Below, in pieces: positions 26,353 to 35,829 of a DNA stretch of 64,000 nt (positions are counted from its first letter, which is position 1; every line of letters begins with the position of its first letter). Location: the IMG/VR virus record IMGVR_UViG_3300045988_175656; one strand, given 5' to 3'. The notes beneath the pieces are model-generated. The model was not told where the DNA came from, made no database searches, and was given only the letters and a program-made list of their open reading frames with translations. Both the position numbers and the translations under genes were made by a program. This DNA is from a virus.

Positions 26353-27233
26353 TAATTTACTTTGATTGAAGTCGATAACATCTCATTAAAATTAAATGTG
26401 GATGCATTTGTTAAAATTGTGTTGTTTGTTGGTGGGTCCATTGGAAATGCATGGCTATGTGTCATAAACGCATTTAAAAATAGTTTTAAAAATTGAACTA
26501 AAGTATCGCCATATACTACTGGATGGGCAGAATCTAATATTTTTAATAATTCTTCATCACTTATTAAACTTGTTGCATCAGTTAAATTAAAATTATCTCT
26601 AGATATATGACTTAATAAATTGATTTTATCAGCAACAACATTAATTGCACTCCCAAATTCTTCTTTATTTGTTTTTAGTTTACCTTGTATATATTTCATT
26701 TGAATATAGGCTGGGTTAAGTTTGTTAAAAAATAAGTTATTTGGTTGTGCTGCTGTTGGTGATTCTTTAAACCCACAACGAATTCTCATTTCATTATCTT
26801 TCATAATAATATCACAATTCTGCCTACCTTGTATTGCAATATCCCCATATTCAGGTAAAGTACCATTAATTTGTGGATTCATTGATGGTGCTTCAGCAGG
26901 TGATATTACTTGATTTCCTTCAAGTAATGAAACCGCAGAGAAATTAAATGGGTCTTTGTTGAGCATTTGAGGTTGAGAAATAACAGGACCTATGTAATAT
27001 CTGTTTCCACTTTTATCGCCTTGATTAGCTAATATAACAAAAACACATTCTCCTATTTTGGGAGTTACATGTAGCATTTTTGGAATTAAAGGAAATGCAT
27101 AAGGTAAATCTTTATCCAAAGTAATATCATTATCTTCAGGGGTTAATCTAATTTTTATTCTTAACCCATCTGTGTCATCAATAATTGATTTTACTTCACA
27201 TAATCTTACAATTGATGTATCGTTTGTTGCCAT
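26352..27233 (-). CDS. Baseplate central spike / hub protein with a gp5-type N-terminal OB domain
   Basis: GLRIKIRL...DLPYAFPL...PKIGECVFVILANQGDKSGNRYYIGPV matches the LGRVxVR / LPWA / P-x-GD-V-V-F-GD pattern of gp5/VgrG/gpV OB domains. A C-terminal HSH motif is present. Confidence 0.7.
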   Translation of the reverse strand: MATNDTSIVRLCEVKSIIDDTDGLRIKIRLTPEDNDITLDKDLPYAFPLIPKMLHVTPKIGECVFVILANQGDKSGNRYYIGPVISQPQMLNKDPFNFSAVSLLEGNQVISPAEAPSMNPQINGTLPEYGDIAIQGRQNCDIIMKDNEMRIRCGFKESPTAAQPNNLFFNKLNPAYIQMKYIQGKLKTNKEEFGSAINVVADKINLLSHISRDNFNLTDATSLISDEELLKILDSAHPVVYGDTLVQFLKLFLNAFMTHSHAFPMDPPTNNTILTNASTFNFNEMLSTSIKVN

Positions 27234-27410
27234 TTATTCCTTTTTTAAACGTTTATTAAGGATATTTTCAATATCCATGTATTCTTTTTCCAATTCTTCC
27301 AGATGAAGCATATATTTAGCTACAAACAATTTTGTTTCATCAAATTCTGTTTGTAGTTCTTCTTGTCTTTTTTTCAATTCGGCATTGGTAGCCAAGTTTA
27401 AATTTTCCAT
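27234..27410 (-). CDS. Small coiled-coil protein, 58 aa (MENLNLATNAELKKRQEELQTEF...)
   Basis: Hand-translated and below the ORF-track cutoff. It shares a TAATG overlap with the upstream gene, and its stop TAA abuts the downstream ATG. Confidence 0.5.
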   Translation of the reverse strand: MENLNLATNAELKKRQEELQTEFDETKLFVAKYMLHLEELEKEYMDIENILNKRLKKE

Positions 27411-27805
27411 TATCTTACTATACCATTAGTTACTGTTGGAGTTGTGTTTGTTGAAAACACTGATACTGGTCCACCTGCATTTGCACCAGTACCAAAACTT
27501 GTTAAAACCCCTGGTGGGATTGCCACATCAACTCTTGCATTATTTTTAATTTCATTAACAATTTCTTCAGCCAAAATTCTCACAAAAGCAGTGACTTTAT
27601 TTTGGGAACCATCATCTAATGCATCTGTATTAATTCCAGCTTCAGGTAATCTTCTTATAATAGCTGCTGCTAATGCTATGGCAGACATGCCAGGACGTTG
27701 CATAATAGAACACACCATAATTAATGGTGGTATGGATATTAATGCAGGTCTAACAAAATCAAATGCAGCACCAATACCGTCAGCTATTGTTTGTATCCAG
27801 CTCAT
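27410..27805 (-). CDS. Hypothetical protein with a hydrophobic N-terminal half (tail/baseplate module by context)
   Basis: ORF in operon orientation. Confidence 0.5.
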   Translation of the reverse strand: MSWIQTIADGIGAAFDFVRPALISIPPLIMVCSIMQRPGMSAIALAAAIIRRLPEAGINTDALDDGSQNKVTAFVRILAEEIVNEIKNNARVDVAIPPGVLTSFGTGANAGGPVSVFSTNTTPTVTNGIVR

Positions 27806-27817
27806 ATATTATTATAT

Positions 27818-29461
27818 TTAACATTCATTTATTATTGGTTGGGTTTCAGTCTGAACAATATCAGCATAATCCACATTATCCATATTCCAATCTTGTGTTC
27901 CACCACGTTTTAAACGACAAGCTTTGATTAATTGTTCGATTAATGTTTTATAATATTGAACACTTTCAACAACCATTTTAGCTGATAACATTTCAATCAA
28001 TGGTTGTAATAGTTCCATTAAATAATCAAGTAAAAATTTAATAATCAAATCACGTATCATACGAATAATTTGTATTAACATATTTTTACTCATAGCAATA
28101 AAAGATTTAACATCAGGCATTCCAGGAATCCCCATAAGTTTAAAATTTATTGCCAACAACAAATATAATTTAGGTGATATTAATGAACTAACAATCACAC
28201 TTGTTAATTCATTAATAATATTATCAATAAAATTCATTTGAACATTGAAATTCAAATTGTTTTTTTCATCTTCATATGTTGTTGATAATGTTTTAGATAT
28301 TTCAGTTAATGCTCCTTCAATAATTGTTTTTTGTTCTTCCAGTGAAGCAGCTTCACTTATCCCATTTAAACTATTTAAAATATCTTCTGGATTAATTGTT
28401 ATACTATTGTTCTGTTCTCCATTTATTGAAAATAAACCTGCATGTACCAATTCTGCTTTCTCTAACGTACTATTATATTTTTCATTAGAGAATGTAAAAA
28501 AACAATCACTTACTTCACTGTCATCAGTTTCAACAACGCTTTTAACAATTTCGCTTACTTCATATTTAATTAATTGTTGGTTAAATGTTAATGACATATC
28601 AATTGATAATGCATTTGTTAATTTATCCAACAATTGCGCTGCTACAACTTTTGAATCAAATAGTTTGATGGAAGATACATAATCATAATTAAATTGTATT
28701 AATGTTCTTTTTCTATAATAATTTTTTTTGTAGTTATCAGGTACTAAATCACCTGGTAATGCAGGTTTTTTTGTTGTGTCCCCTAACATAACATGAATAA
28801 TGTTATTGTATGGTACTTGTAAATATCCTTGACTCCAATCACTGTTTTTCAATCCTGATGAACGTTCTATATATTCTATTGTTATAATAGGTCTTGTATC
28901 ATCATCGCTTAATGATTGTGTGCTTTTCTTGCTTCTTTTCAACCTATTATCCCAAATAACTCTCCCATTAGATTTGTTGATAACATACCAAAGAAATGCA
29001 TTAAAATCTAATGAACCAACAACTTCTGCTGCTGAATTCATTCCATCACACCCAAAATAAAAATATTTACCAATTTTAGGGTCTAATGGATTTGCTAAAA
29101 GCTGACCTGTTATATCAATTTGTGATAAATCAAAACAAATACCTTCTTTAATCAAATCTTCACTAATAAATGGGTTTATGGAACATGATATGAAATCTTT
29201 AATATTAGCAATTAAAATACCTTTAATAGCATATTCAATCCCATCCAATTCATATGTAATAAATTTGGATAAAACATTAATTAACCTATCATAACCACCA
29301 GCACTTTTTAACAAATCCATTAGAAAATCAAATGGATTCGTTGAAGCATTAATAGAAATAAATGAATCTGTTGTAGAAAGATTCGGATATTTTTCTAATA
29401 TTGTTTGTGCTGCTGCTATGGTAGCAAACGCATATGCTTTAGCTTTTTTTAAATTTGCCAT
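27818..29461 (-). CDS. Hypothetical large tail/baseplate-module protein
   Basis: Long ORF tightly packed with its neighbours. Confidence 0.6.
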   Translation of the reverse strand: MANLKKAKAYAFATIAAAQTILEKYPNLSTTDSFISINASTNPFDFLMDLLKSAGGYDRLINVLSKFITYELDGIEYAIKGILIANIKDFISCSINPFISEDLIKEGICFDLSQIDITGQLLANPLDPKIGKYFYFGCDGMNSAAEVVGSLDFNAFLWYVINKSNGRVIWDNRLKRSKKSTQSLSDDDTRPIITIEYIERSSGLKNSDWSQGYLQVPYNNIIHVMLGDTTKKPALPGDLVPDNYKKNYYRKRTLIQFNYDYVSSIKLFDSKVVAAQLLDKLTNALSIDMSLTFNQQLIKYEVSEIVKSVVETDDSEVSDCFFTFSNEKYNSTLEKAELVHAGLFSINGEQNNSITINPEDILNSLNGISEAASLEEQKTIIEGALTEISKTLSTTYEDEKNNLNFNVQMNFIDNIINELTSVIVSSLISPKLYLLLAINFKLMGIPGMPDVKSFIAMSKNMLIQIIRMIRDLIIKFLLDYLMELLQPLIEMLSAKMVVESVQYYKTLIEQLIKACRLKRGGTQDWNMDNVDYADIVQTETQPIINEC

Positions 29462-29462
29462 A

Positions 29463-29870
29463 TTAATTTAATTTATATTCTTCTGTTGTTGGATTATTTT
29501 CAACGGATTGCATGGCTTTTTTAATTTCATCCCAATTCAGACCGCCAACTGCTGTATTAGCAGCATTTTCATTAACACTTTTTTCAATATCACCATTATA
29601 CTTCAATATATCACCCATGAATTTAGCAATTTCAAGTTTTCTTCCAATTGCCTTATCTTTATTAGCAATAAAATCATTCATTGCTTTGGCATATTTAGTT
29701 TTAGCATCAGTAATTTCATTTGCAAGTATGGTAGATTGAGAAAGTTTGTTCATTTCTTCTTGAATAGTAACAATCTGTTGACATGCTTGATTATACGTTT
29801 CTTGAAGTAATTCTTCTACTTTTTCAACTGAATTTAATTTAACTTTATATCTTTTAGGTGTAACTCCCAT
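29463..29870 (-). CDS. Hypothetical helical protein (first gene of the leftward structural operon)
   Basis: ORF with a late-type motif upstream. Confidence 0.55.
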   Translation of the reverse strand: MGVTPKRYKVKLNSVEKVEELLQETYNQACQQIVTIQEEMNKLSQSTILANEITDAKTKYAKAMNDFIANKDKAIGRKLEIAKFMGDILKYNGDIEKSVNENAANTAVGGLNWDEIKKAMQSVENNPTTEEYKLN

Positions 29871-29887
29871 TTTTTTTATATTTTTTA

Positions 29888-29896
29888 ATAAATAGT
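29888..29896 (-). promoter_or_regulatory. Candidate late-promoter motif ACTATTTAT (minus sense)
   Basis: Exact 9-mer 17 nt upstream of the ATG at 29870. Confidence 0.3.
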
Positions 29897-29910
29897 AATA
29901 TTTACATATT

Positions 29911-30639
29911 TTAGTTTAATAAACCTTCTTTTGTGTTGAAATAGATGTGTTTAAATTTTTTCATACCATCTCTAATTTCTTTAGTTGATAATAAGGTGGT
30001 TTCTTTTAAAAAGTATAGAATGGATGATTTATTAAATTTGTTACTCCCCATATGAGCCATAATATCTTGCCAATTCATCAATAAATCCAATAATGAATGC
30101 CCTATTTTGATTTCATTTTCTGTTAGTTCATGTATCTTATCAGGAAGAAGCATTTGTTGCATTTCCTCAATAGTTTCGTTAATTAGTTCTGTATTGAACG
30201 TTACCAATGAATCGTTATCAGAATAAGAAAATTTTGAATCCTCATTTAACTCGTTAGCCATATCATCATAAGATGCATTCCTTTTTTGGTTTTTTGTAAA
30301 TTGATTAATTTTATATATTAAGTAGTTTTTACAAATAGTTCCACAATATGAGTAGGCTTTTTTACCAGTAGTAACATCAAAATTACTAATTTTAGTTAAC
30401 ATAAATGATAGAGTATCATTAAAAGTATCTGTAAACTCTTCAGATGGTGTAAACAGATTATATCGTCTAATGATAGATTCTATCATTTTAGTAAATGCAG
30501 GTAATAACTTAGCATTAAAAATTCTATCCTTTTCTTCTTGATTTTCACAATTCATATAATCAACAAAAGCCTGTTCTTCTTCTTCATAAAAATAGCCTGT
30601 TCTTTTTTCGGTACTCGGTTTTCTTCCTCGTTTTCCCAT
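29911..30639 (-). CDS. Late-transcription sigma factor (T4 gp55-like)
   Basis: LPAFTKMIESIIRRYNLF...DTLSFMLTKISNFDVTTGKKAYSYCGTICKNYLIYKINQFTK parallels T4 gp55 IMLIAEGLSKRFNFSGY...[39 protein letters not shown]. Confidence 0.65.
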   Translation of the reverse strand: MGKRGRKPSTEKRTGYFYEEEEQAFVDYMNCENQEEKDRIFNAKLLPAFTKMIESIIRRYNLFTPSEEFTDTFNDTLSFMLTKISNFDVTTGKKAYSYCGTICKNYLIYKINQFTKNQKRNASYDDMANELNEDSKFSYSDNDSLVTFNTELINETIEEMQQMLLPDKIHELTENEIKIGHSLLDLLMNWQDIMAHMGSNKFNKSSILYFLKETTLLSTKEIRDGMKKFKHIYFNTKEGLLN

Positions 30640-30755
30640 TTTGTTGCTTATATATTTTTAGCAACATCGTATTATCATTTATATCTTAATAATTTAAGAT
30701 TCATTCCTTTTAACAATAAAATAATTGTTCTTTTCCTTTAAAATGATGTTATTTA

Positions 30756-31214
30756 TTATTTTAATTTATCAATTAGATATTCTGATAATGCTGTACAAAT
30801 TTCAGATTCTAAATCAATTTTCTCCTTATTTAAAAGGTCAAATATTCCTCTATCTTTATTTTGCTCAATAATTTTTTCCACATCATTATTAACATATTTT
30901 TGTACATCTTTACATTTAGAATTAAGTACATATTTTGTTAACATTCTACAATCAAATTTAATTGGAACTTCAGATGCTAATTTTCTTATAACATTAAAAA
31001 TAATAGCTTCAAAACATTCATTTGTATCATCTTCATTATCATATATTAAATAATGACCCATATTTTCAAAATTTATCGCTAATATTTCTTTTTTATCTTC
31101 AGGAATCCCATTTAAATATCCTAATGCATCCCATTTTTCTACAATTTCTTTAATTGTTCCATTGTTGATAGAGATTTCAAATATTAATTTTACCCTGGGT
31201 CTATGTAATTTCAT
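30756..31214 (-). CDS. Hypothetical protein
   Basis: ORF in operon orientation. Its start overlaps the upstream stop by 1 nt. Confidence 0.5.
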   Translation of the reverse strand: MKLHRPRVKLIFEISINNGTIKEIVEKWDALGYLNGIPEDKKEILAINFENMGHYLIYDNEDDTNECFEAIIFNVIRKLASEVPIKFDCRMLTKYVLNSKCKDVQKYVNNDVEKIIEQNKDRGIFDLLNKEKIDLESEICTALSEYLIDKLK

Positions 31215-32026
31215 TATTTTAATTCATTAATTTCATTATTTTCAAGTTCCATATTGGGTAATTTTTTTCTATCTTCTTTAAATGGATATTCTCTTTTTGC
31301 TAAGTTATACCAAGCAATACCTTCATTTGCATCAATAGTTGTTGTATATTGAGCCATTAAACTACCTTCTCTATTCAAAATATGCATATATCCAAATTTG
31401 GGTACTACATATATCTTCAATCCTTTATATGTTGCTCTTAATAAAAATTCATACCAGAATGCAACTTTTATTGATGGTTTTAGTCCACCAATTTTAATGA
31501 AGTCATTAACATCAAAAATAGCACCTGTCATATTAAAATCATATTTTGTTTCAAGACATTCACTATCAATAACACCAAGCTCATTCGAAAATGCACTAGC
31601 CCATACAATTTCATTACCAAATGAAATTAATTCTCCATTCTCGCTATTTCTATATTCGTTTAATGGCAAACAAATATTAATAGATGGGTCACAATTAAGA
31701 TACTGTGCCGCATTTTTAAACCATTTAGGTGCATAAGCATCATCAAATTCTAAAATAGAAAAATATTTAGTTTTACAGTTAGCTGCACCAAGATTAATTT
31801 GAGAACAGAAATCTGTTTCGCCATCATTTGATAGAATATCAATTCCTTTTACTTTACTTATTTTATTTTTTATTAATGAAACAATATCATTTTTTGCTAC
31901 AACGATAATAGATGTATTGTTATCATCATTTTCTTGTCTTTTAACACTTTCAATTGCATTCATTAATGAATTGCCAATAGTGTCATCATATTCATGTAAT
32001 GGTATAATTACTGTTAAATCTTTCAT
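31214..32026 (-). CDS. Glycosyltransferase, family 2-like (GT-A fold)
   Basis: N-terminal LTVIIPLHEYDD and the acidic motif ILEFDDAY (DxD-like). Confidence 0.55.
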   Translation of the reverse strand: MKDLTVIIPLHEYDDTIGNSLMNAIESVKRQENDDNNTSIIVVAKNDIVSLIKNKISKVKGIDILSNDGETDFCSQINLGAANCKTKYFSILEFDDAYAPKWFKNAAQYLNCDPSINICLPLNEYRNSENGELISFGNEIVWASAFSNELGVIDSECLETKYDFNMTGAIFDVNDFIKIGGLKPSIKVAFWYEFLLRATYKGLKIYVVPKFGYMHILNREGSLMAQYTTTIDANEGIAWYNLAKREYPFKEDRKKLPNMELENNEINELK

Positions 32027-33195
32027 TATTCTTCTATTTTTTCATCATTTATTTTACTTTTTGCTACAATGATAACTTCTTCAAATTCTTTTACTCTTTC
32101 ATCAATATAAGAATTTATTAAATTATTCAAATTAAGTTTATATTCATCAAATGAATATTTTTTAGCAGTTTCTTTCATTGCATCTGTAATTTCAGATGGA
32201 ATATCATCATTTATCCATGTTCGTATAACATCAGCAATAATTTTATGTACACTATTAATGTCATTGAACCATATTCCGTTATCCAATAATTGTGTTTTAT
32301 CTTCTGATAACATCCATTCAGGTATTAATTCAGGAATTTTACCAATTACAATATTTCCAGATTTAATAGCTTCAAGTGGCGCATAACCAAATTGTGTATC
32401 ACTATCAACCCAAATAGTAATTGCACCTTCACGTAAATAATCAGCAAACATTTCTCTTGGATAACTTCTCAAATCTCTAAATGATACCCATTTATACATT
32501 GGATATTTCCAATAAAATGGTTTAATGATTTTGTTGGCATCTTTTTGTGATTTCGTTATAATGTTTACAATTAATTTTTTAGGCTCATTTCCCTCATAAA
32601 AATAAGAAGGTATATAAGGAGTAAGTACTTTTGTTTTAACATAAGGAAATACAGAGTTAACCAATTCAGCTTGGTTTAAGCAACTAGTAATTGTATCTGT
32701 AATACCAAAGTTAGCCCAAGAAACACCTACTTGGATAAAATCTGTAAGGTAATTATAGTTTTGTGTTAATACGATTCTTTTACAAGATAATTTTTTTGTT
32801 TGGTTCATTACAGAAGAATAAACTTCAGGAATGATTAAAAAATCTGATGGTGATACTTCTAATTCTTCGTTTTGAATATTAGCATGTTCAAGTGTTGCAT
32901 ATTTTTCACCAAGAGATTCAGTAACACCAACAAAAATTCTATTATCATCAATTGGTTGATTTTCTAAATCTAATTTTTTTAACTCTTCGGCAGTATATTC
33001 ATTATCTAATTGATATAACATTTTAACATTATAGCCAAGTTGTTGTAATGTTAAAGCCATTTGGTATATGTATGATATATATCCTGTTGCGTTATTTTTA
33101 GCATCAGGCACATAAAATAACACTTTAAAAGATTTATCTTTTAATTTTCCTATTTCAGTTTCAATTCTTTGTACAATTTCTTTGGTATTATCCAT
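32026..33195 (-). CDS. Putative glycosyltransferase (GT-B-like); tentative
   Basis: N-terminal FKVLFYVPD...GYISYIYQMALTLQQLGYNV and C-terminal EAIKSGNIVIGKIPE resemble GT1/GT4 Rossmann halves. It is translationally coupled to the GT2 gene. Confidence 0.4.
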   Translation of the reverse strand: MDNTKEIVQRIETEIGKLKDKSFKVLFYVPDAKNNATGYISYIYQMALTLQQLGYNVKMLYQLDNEYTAEELKKLDLENQPIDDNRIFVGVTESLGEKYATLEHANIQNEELEVSPSDFLIIPEVYSSVMNQTKKLSCKRIVLTQNYNYLTDFIQVGVSWANFGITDTITSCLNQAELVNSVFPYVKTKVLTPYIPSYFYEGNEPKKLIVNIITKSQKDANKIIKPFYWKYPMYKWVSFRDLRSYPREMFADYLREGAITIWVDSDTQFGYAPLEAIKSGNIVIGKIPELIPEWMLSEDKTQLLDNGIWFNDINSVHKIIADVIRTWINDDIPSEITDAMKETAKKYSFDEYKLNLNNLINSYIDERVKEFEEVIIVAKSKINDEKIEE

Positions 33196-33197
33196 GA

Positions 33198-33599
33198 TTA
33201 ATTTTGTTTAACATTTATTAAAAATCCTTTGTTTAAAAAGGTATTGAATGCAATTGCTTCTCCTACTGATACACTTTCAACTAAACTTTCAGTTGCAGCA
33301 TCTTGTTCTACAACTTCACCAAATGGATTTGTTTTAACCCCAATTCCCATGATAACTTCAAGCAATTGTCTTGTTAAATCATATTTGATAGCATCAATAT
33401 TATTTGCATTATCATTATTTTTATTTTCAGTCAATTGTTTAGTAACAAGTTTTAACTTACTTTCGTCATCATTTTCATCAGTTGAATAAACTAATGTTTG
33501 AGAACTTTCAATATTTTTATTATTGTGTGGCTTGAAGATGAAATTAATAATCTCGTCTAAATCAAGTGCATAAATTTCGTTTTCTATTTCTAAAAACAT
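33198..33599 (-). CDS. Hypothetical protein
   Basis: ORF in operon orientation. Confidence 0.5.
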   Translation of the reverse strand: MFLEIENEIYALDLDEIINFIFKPHNNKNIESSQTLVYSTDENDDESKLKLVTKQLTENKNNDNANNIDAIKYDLTRQLLEVIMGIGVKTNPFGEVVEQDAATESLVESVSVGEAIAFNTFLNKGFLINVKQN

Positions 33600-33603
33600 A
33601 TTA

Positions 33604-34236
33604 TTATTGTTTTTTAATTTTATTTAAAATATCTTCCATTACTTTTGTCCCACCTTGCATTAATTCCATAAAAGAATCAAATTCATAATCAGCTTCAGAT
33701 TCGGTGTTATAAGAAGATTTAATTTTGATACTAACTTTACCTTCAGGTTTATTATCTAGTAACCAAGGGTTAGCTGTAATTAATATATCGCACCTATCCC
33801 AAATAGTCAATGAATCTTTAGGAAAATAATATTCTCTCACTCTTGATGCTATTTTATGTAAGAAATATAAACTTGCTTGAATTGTTAGATTGATTTCAAA
33901 TGGGCTTACTAACATCACATCAGGCTCGTTTGGATTATCATCTTCATCCACAATATTTCTTAGGTCATTTCCAAGCCACTCATGAAATCTAAATTGTAGT
34001 TGCCGAGCCATTGGTTCAGCACATCCAAATAATTCATAAGGATGGTCAGTATATACAAAATCTTGATATTCTTCTTCACTATCAAAAGGAAAAGTTTGTG
34101 TCAAATCACTGCTTTCAATATTAACATTGTCAATATCAAAATGTGGGTCAATATCTTTTTTATATTGAGATGCAAATTGTGATGTGTATGAACGAATCAC
34201 ATCATTAAGGTCGATTGCTATTTTAGTTTTCATCAA
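33604..34236 (-). CDS. Hypothetical protein (HAD-like N-terminal IAIDLNDV, imperfect)
   Basis: ORF only. The motif is incomplete, so no function is assigned. Confidence 0.5.
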   Translation of the reverse strand: MMKTKIAIDLNDVIRSYTSQFASQYKKDIDPHFDIDNVNIESSDLTQTFPFDSEEEYQDFVYTDHPYELFGCAEPMARQLQFRFHEWLGNDLRNIVDEDDNPNEPDVMLVSPFEINLTIQASLYFLHKIASRVREYYFPKDSLTIWDRCDILITANPWLLDNKPEGKVSIKIKSSYNTESEADYEFDSFMELMQGGTKVMEDILNKIKKQ

Positions 34237-34786
34237 AGGCTTTTATTAATTCATTATTTTTATTATAATATTTAACTGTTGGAACTGGTACATCAGTTAA
34301 TGCTTTAAAATGGCATTTAGGACATTCAGTTGTGATTATTCTTTCAAAATTATATGGATTCCAAGATACACTGTTAAAAGATATTAATTCTTCTCCACAT
34401 TTAGGACAAAACACATGTTCTATTACCACTCTAACATCTTCTTCAGTTGATATTAAATCACATACGTTTATTTTAGGAATATTTTTGAATAGGTTTTCAA
34501 TTTTTTTTTCTCCTTGTATAGTTGCTGTTGGTAAATCATCAATAGAATTATATTCCCATGTTCTTTTTTTATTAATAGGTTGTTCTATATTTTCAGGTAG
34601 TCCACCCAGTTCTTTAATTTTTTGTTCTAATTGTTTTTGATATTCATCGTCACTTGGTATTTGAGACAAGATTTCATCAAATTCTATTTTTTTAAAATCA
34701 TTTGTATTATTGTTATGATTTTCAATTGGTTTAGAGAAACTTTCTTTATTAAGTTGTTTTTTAAACATCTCTTCTATATTACTCAT
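34223..34786 (-). CDS. Hypothetical zinc-ribbon protein
   Basis: CPKCGEE...CPKCHF, two CxxC pairs. Confidence 0.5.
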   Translation of the reverse strand: MSNIEEMFKKQLNKESFSKPIENHNNNTNDFKKIEFDEILSQIPSDDEYQKQLEQKIKELGGLPENIEQPINKKRTWEYNSIDDLPTATIQGEKKIENLFKNIPKINVCDLISTEEDVRVVIEHVFCPKCGEELISFNSVSWNPYNFERIITTECPKCHFKALTDVPVPTVKYYNKNNELIKAFDEN

Positions 34787-34811
34787 GATGTATTTAATTT
34801 CTTTTTTGTTA

Positions 34812-35210
34812 TTATAAATGTTCTTCTAAATTGAAATACCTAAAACCTTGAAAACCTTTCATTGGTATTTCTCTTTCTAATGGGTGAAAAGGTCCTGAAC
34901 GCATAATAAATTTTCCCATCCATTTTCTTCCAGTTGTTGAACAAGTAAATTCTTTTTCTTCCATTCCAACAACTTCCATCCATCCTTTTACTTTCCCATC
35001 ATGAACAATATAACATTTATCCCCTTTATTAATACCTTTTGGAAAAAATGGAACTTTAAAATTCATTACTTGCGAATAATCTTTAACAGCATCCATTTCT
35101 TTTTGATAATCTTCCCATTGTTCTGATGATGGTAATGTAACTACAATTGCACGTTCTGATTTTAGAACATCTTCAAAAATTTTCACTAAATTTAAGTTAC
35201 TATCTGCCAC
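34812..35210 (-). CDS. Hypothetical protein (GTG start in the ORF track)
   Basis: ORF only. No in-frame ATG lies near the 5' end. Confidence 0.4.
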   Translation of the reverse strand: MADSNLNLVKIFEDVLKSERAIVVTLPSSEQWEDYQKEMDAVKDYSQVMNFKVPFFPKGINKGDKCYIVHDGKVKGWMEVVGMEEKEFTCSTTGRKWMGKFIMRSGPFHPLEREIPMKGFQGFRYFNLEEHL

Positions 35211-35273
35211 AGCTTTTATTTTTTATACAAAATAAGTACTAAATATCATAAAATAAAGATTTATAAGAAAAAT

Positions 35274-35308
35274 AATAAAAAAAATGATGTATTTTTCTAA
35301 TACATCAT
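35274..35308 (-). terminator. Rho-independent terminator after the 2H phosphoesterase gene
   Basis: atgatgta / tacatcat stem followed by T8 in minus sense. Confidence 0.6.
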
Positions 35309-35826
35309 TTAAATTTTTCATTAACATCAATTCCTTTATCATTTGTATAACTAAAATCAAAACTTGTAGGCGTTAACTCTTCTATTTTGTCTAACATTTT
35401 CTTTTTGTATTTGTCAGCCATTCCTTTTTGCATATAAGCAATTGTCATATGTGGATGATATTCTTTATATGCAGAATGTAATTCAAAATTTTCTTTTATT
35501 TTATTATAAGTTTTATGCATATTAGGGCATTTAACATCAGCTTTTAATACATCATAATTATCATTTTCAAATATAGATATATTATTTAATATACATTTAT
35601 ATTCTTTCAAAGGTAATAATAACTCTTTTAATTTATTTATGTCAACATCAGAATCTAAACAAGGAGCTAATGTAACATGACTTTCTTTTTCAAAACCATA
35701 TTGATTATCTTTTTTCTCTTCATCAGTACCAAAATACAATTCATTGTTAGGAATTTTATTTTGCAAATCTTTTATAAAAGATGGCATTTCATAATCAATC
35801 ATTAAAAATGCATATTCTCTTGCCAT
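35305..35826 (-). CDS. 2H phosphoesterase superfamily protein (LigT / Acb1-like)
   Basis: Two HxT motifs at the expected spacing: ESHVTLAP and HPHMTIAY. Confidence 0.7.
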   Translation of the reverse strand: MAREYAFLMIDYEMPSFIKDLQNKIPNNELYFGTDEEKKDNQYGFEKESHVTLAPCLDSDVDINKLKELLLPLKEYKCILNNISIFENDNYDVLKADVKCPNMHKTYNKIKENFELHSAYKEYHPHMTIAYMQKGMADKYKKKMLDKIEELTPTSFDFSYTNDKGIDVNEKFK

Positions 35827-35829
35827 ATA

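Noticed and set aside
33604-34236. HAD-family 5'-deoxyribonucleotidase call, based on the N-terminal IAIDLNDV.
   Set aside because: The DxDx(T/V) motif is imperfect (DLND), and I could not identify motifs II-IV. The ORF is left as hypothetical.
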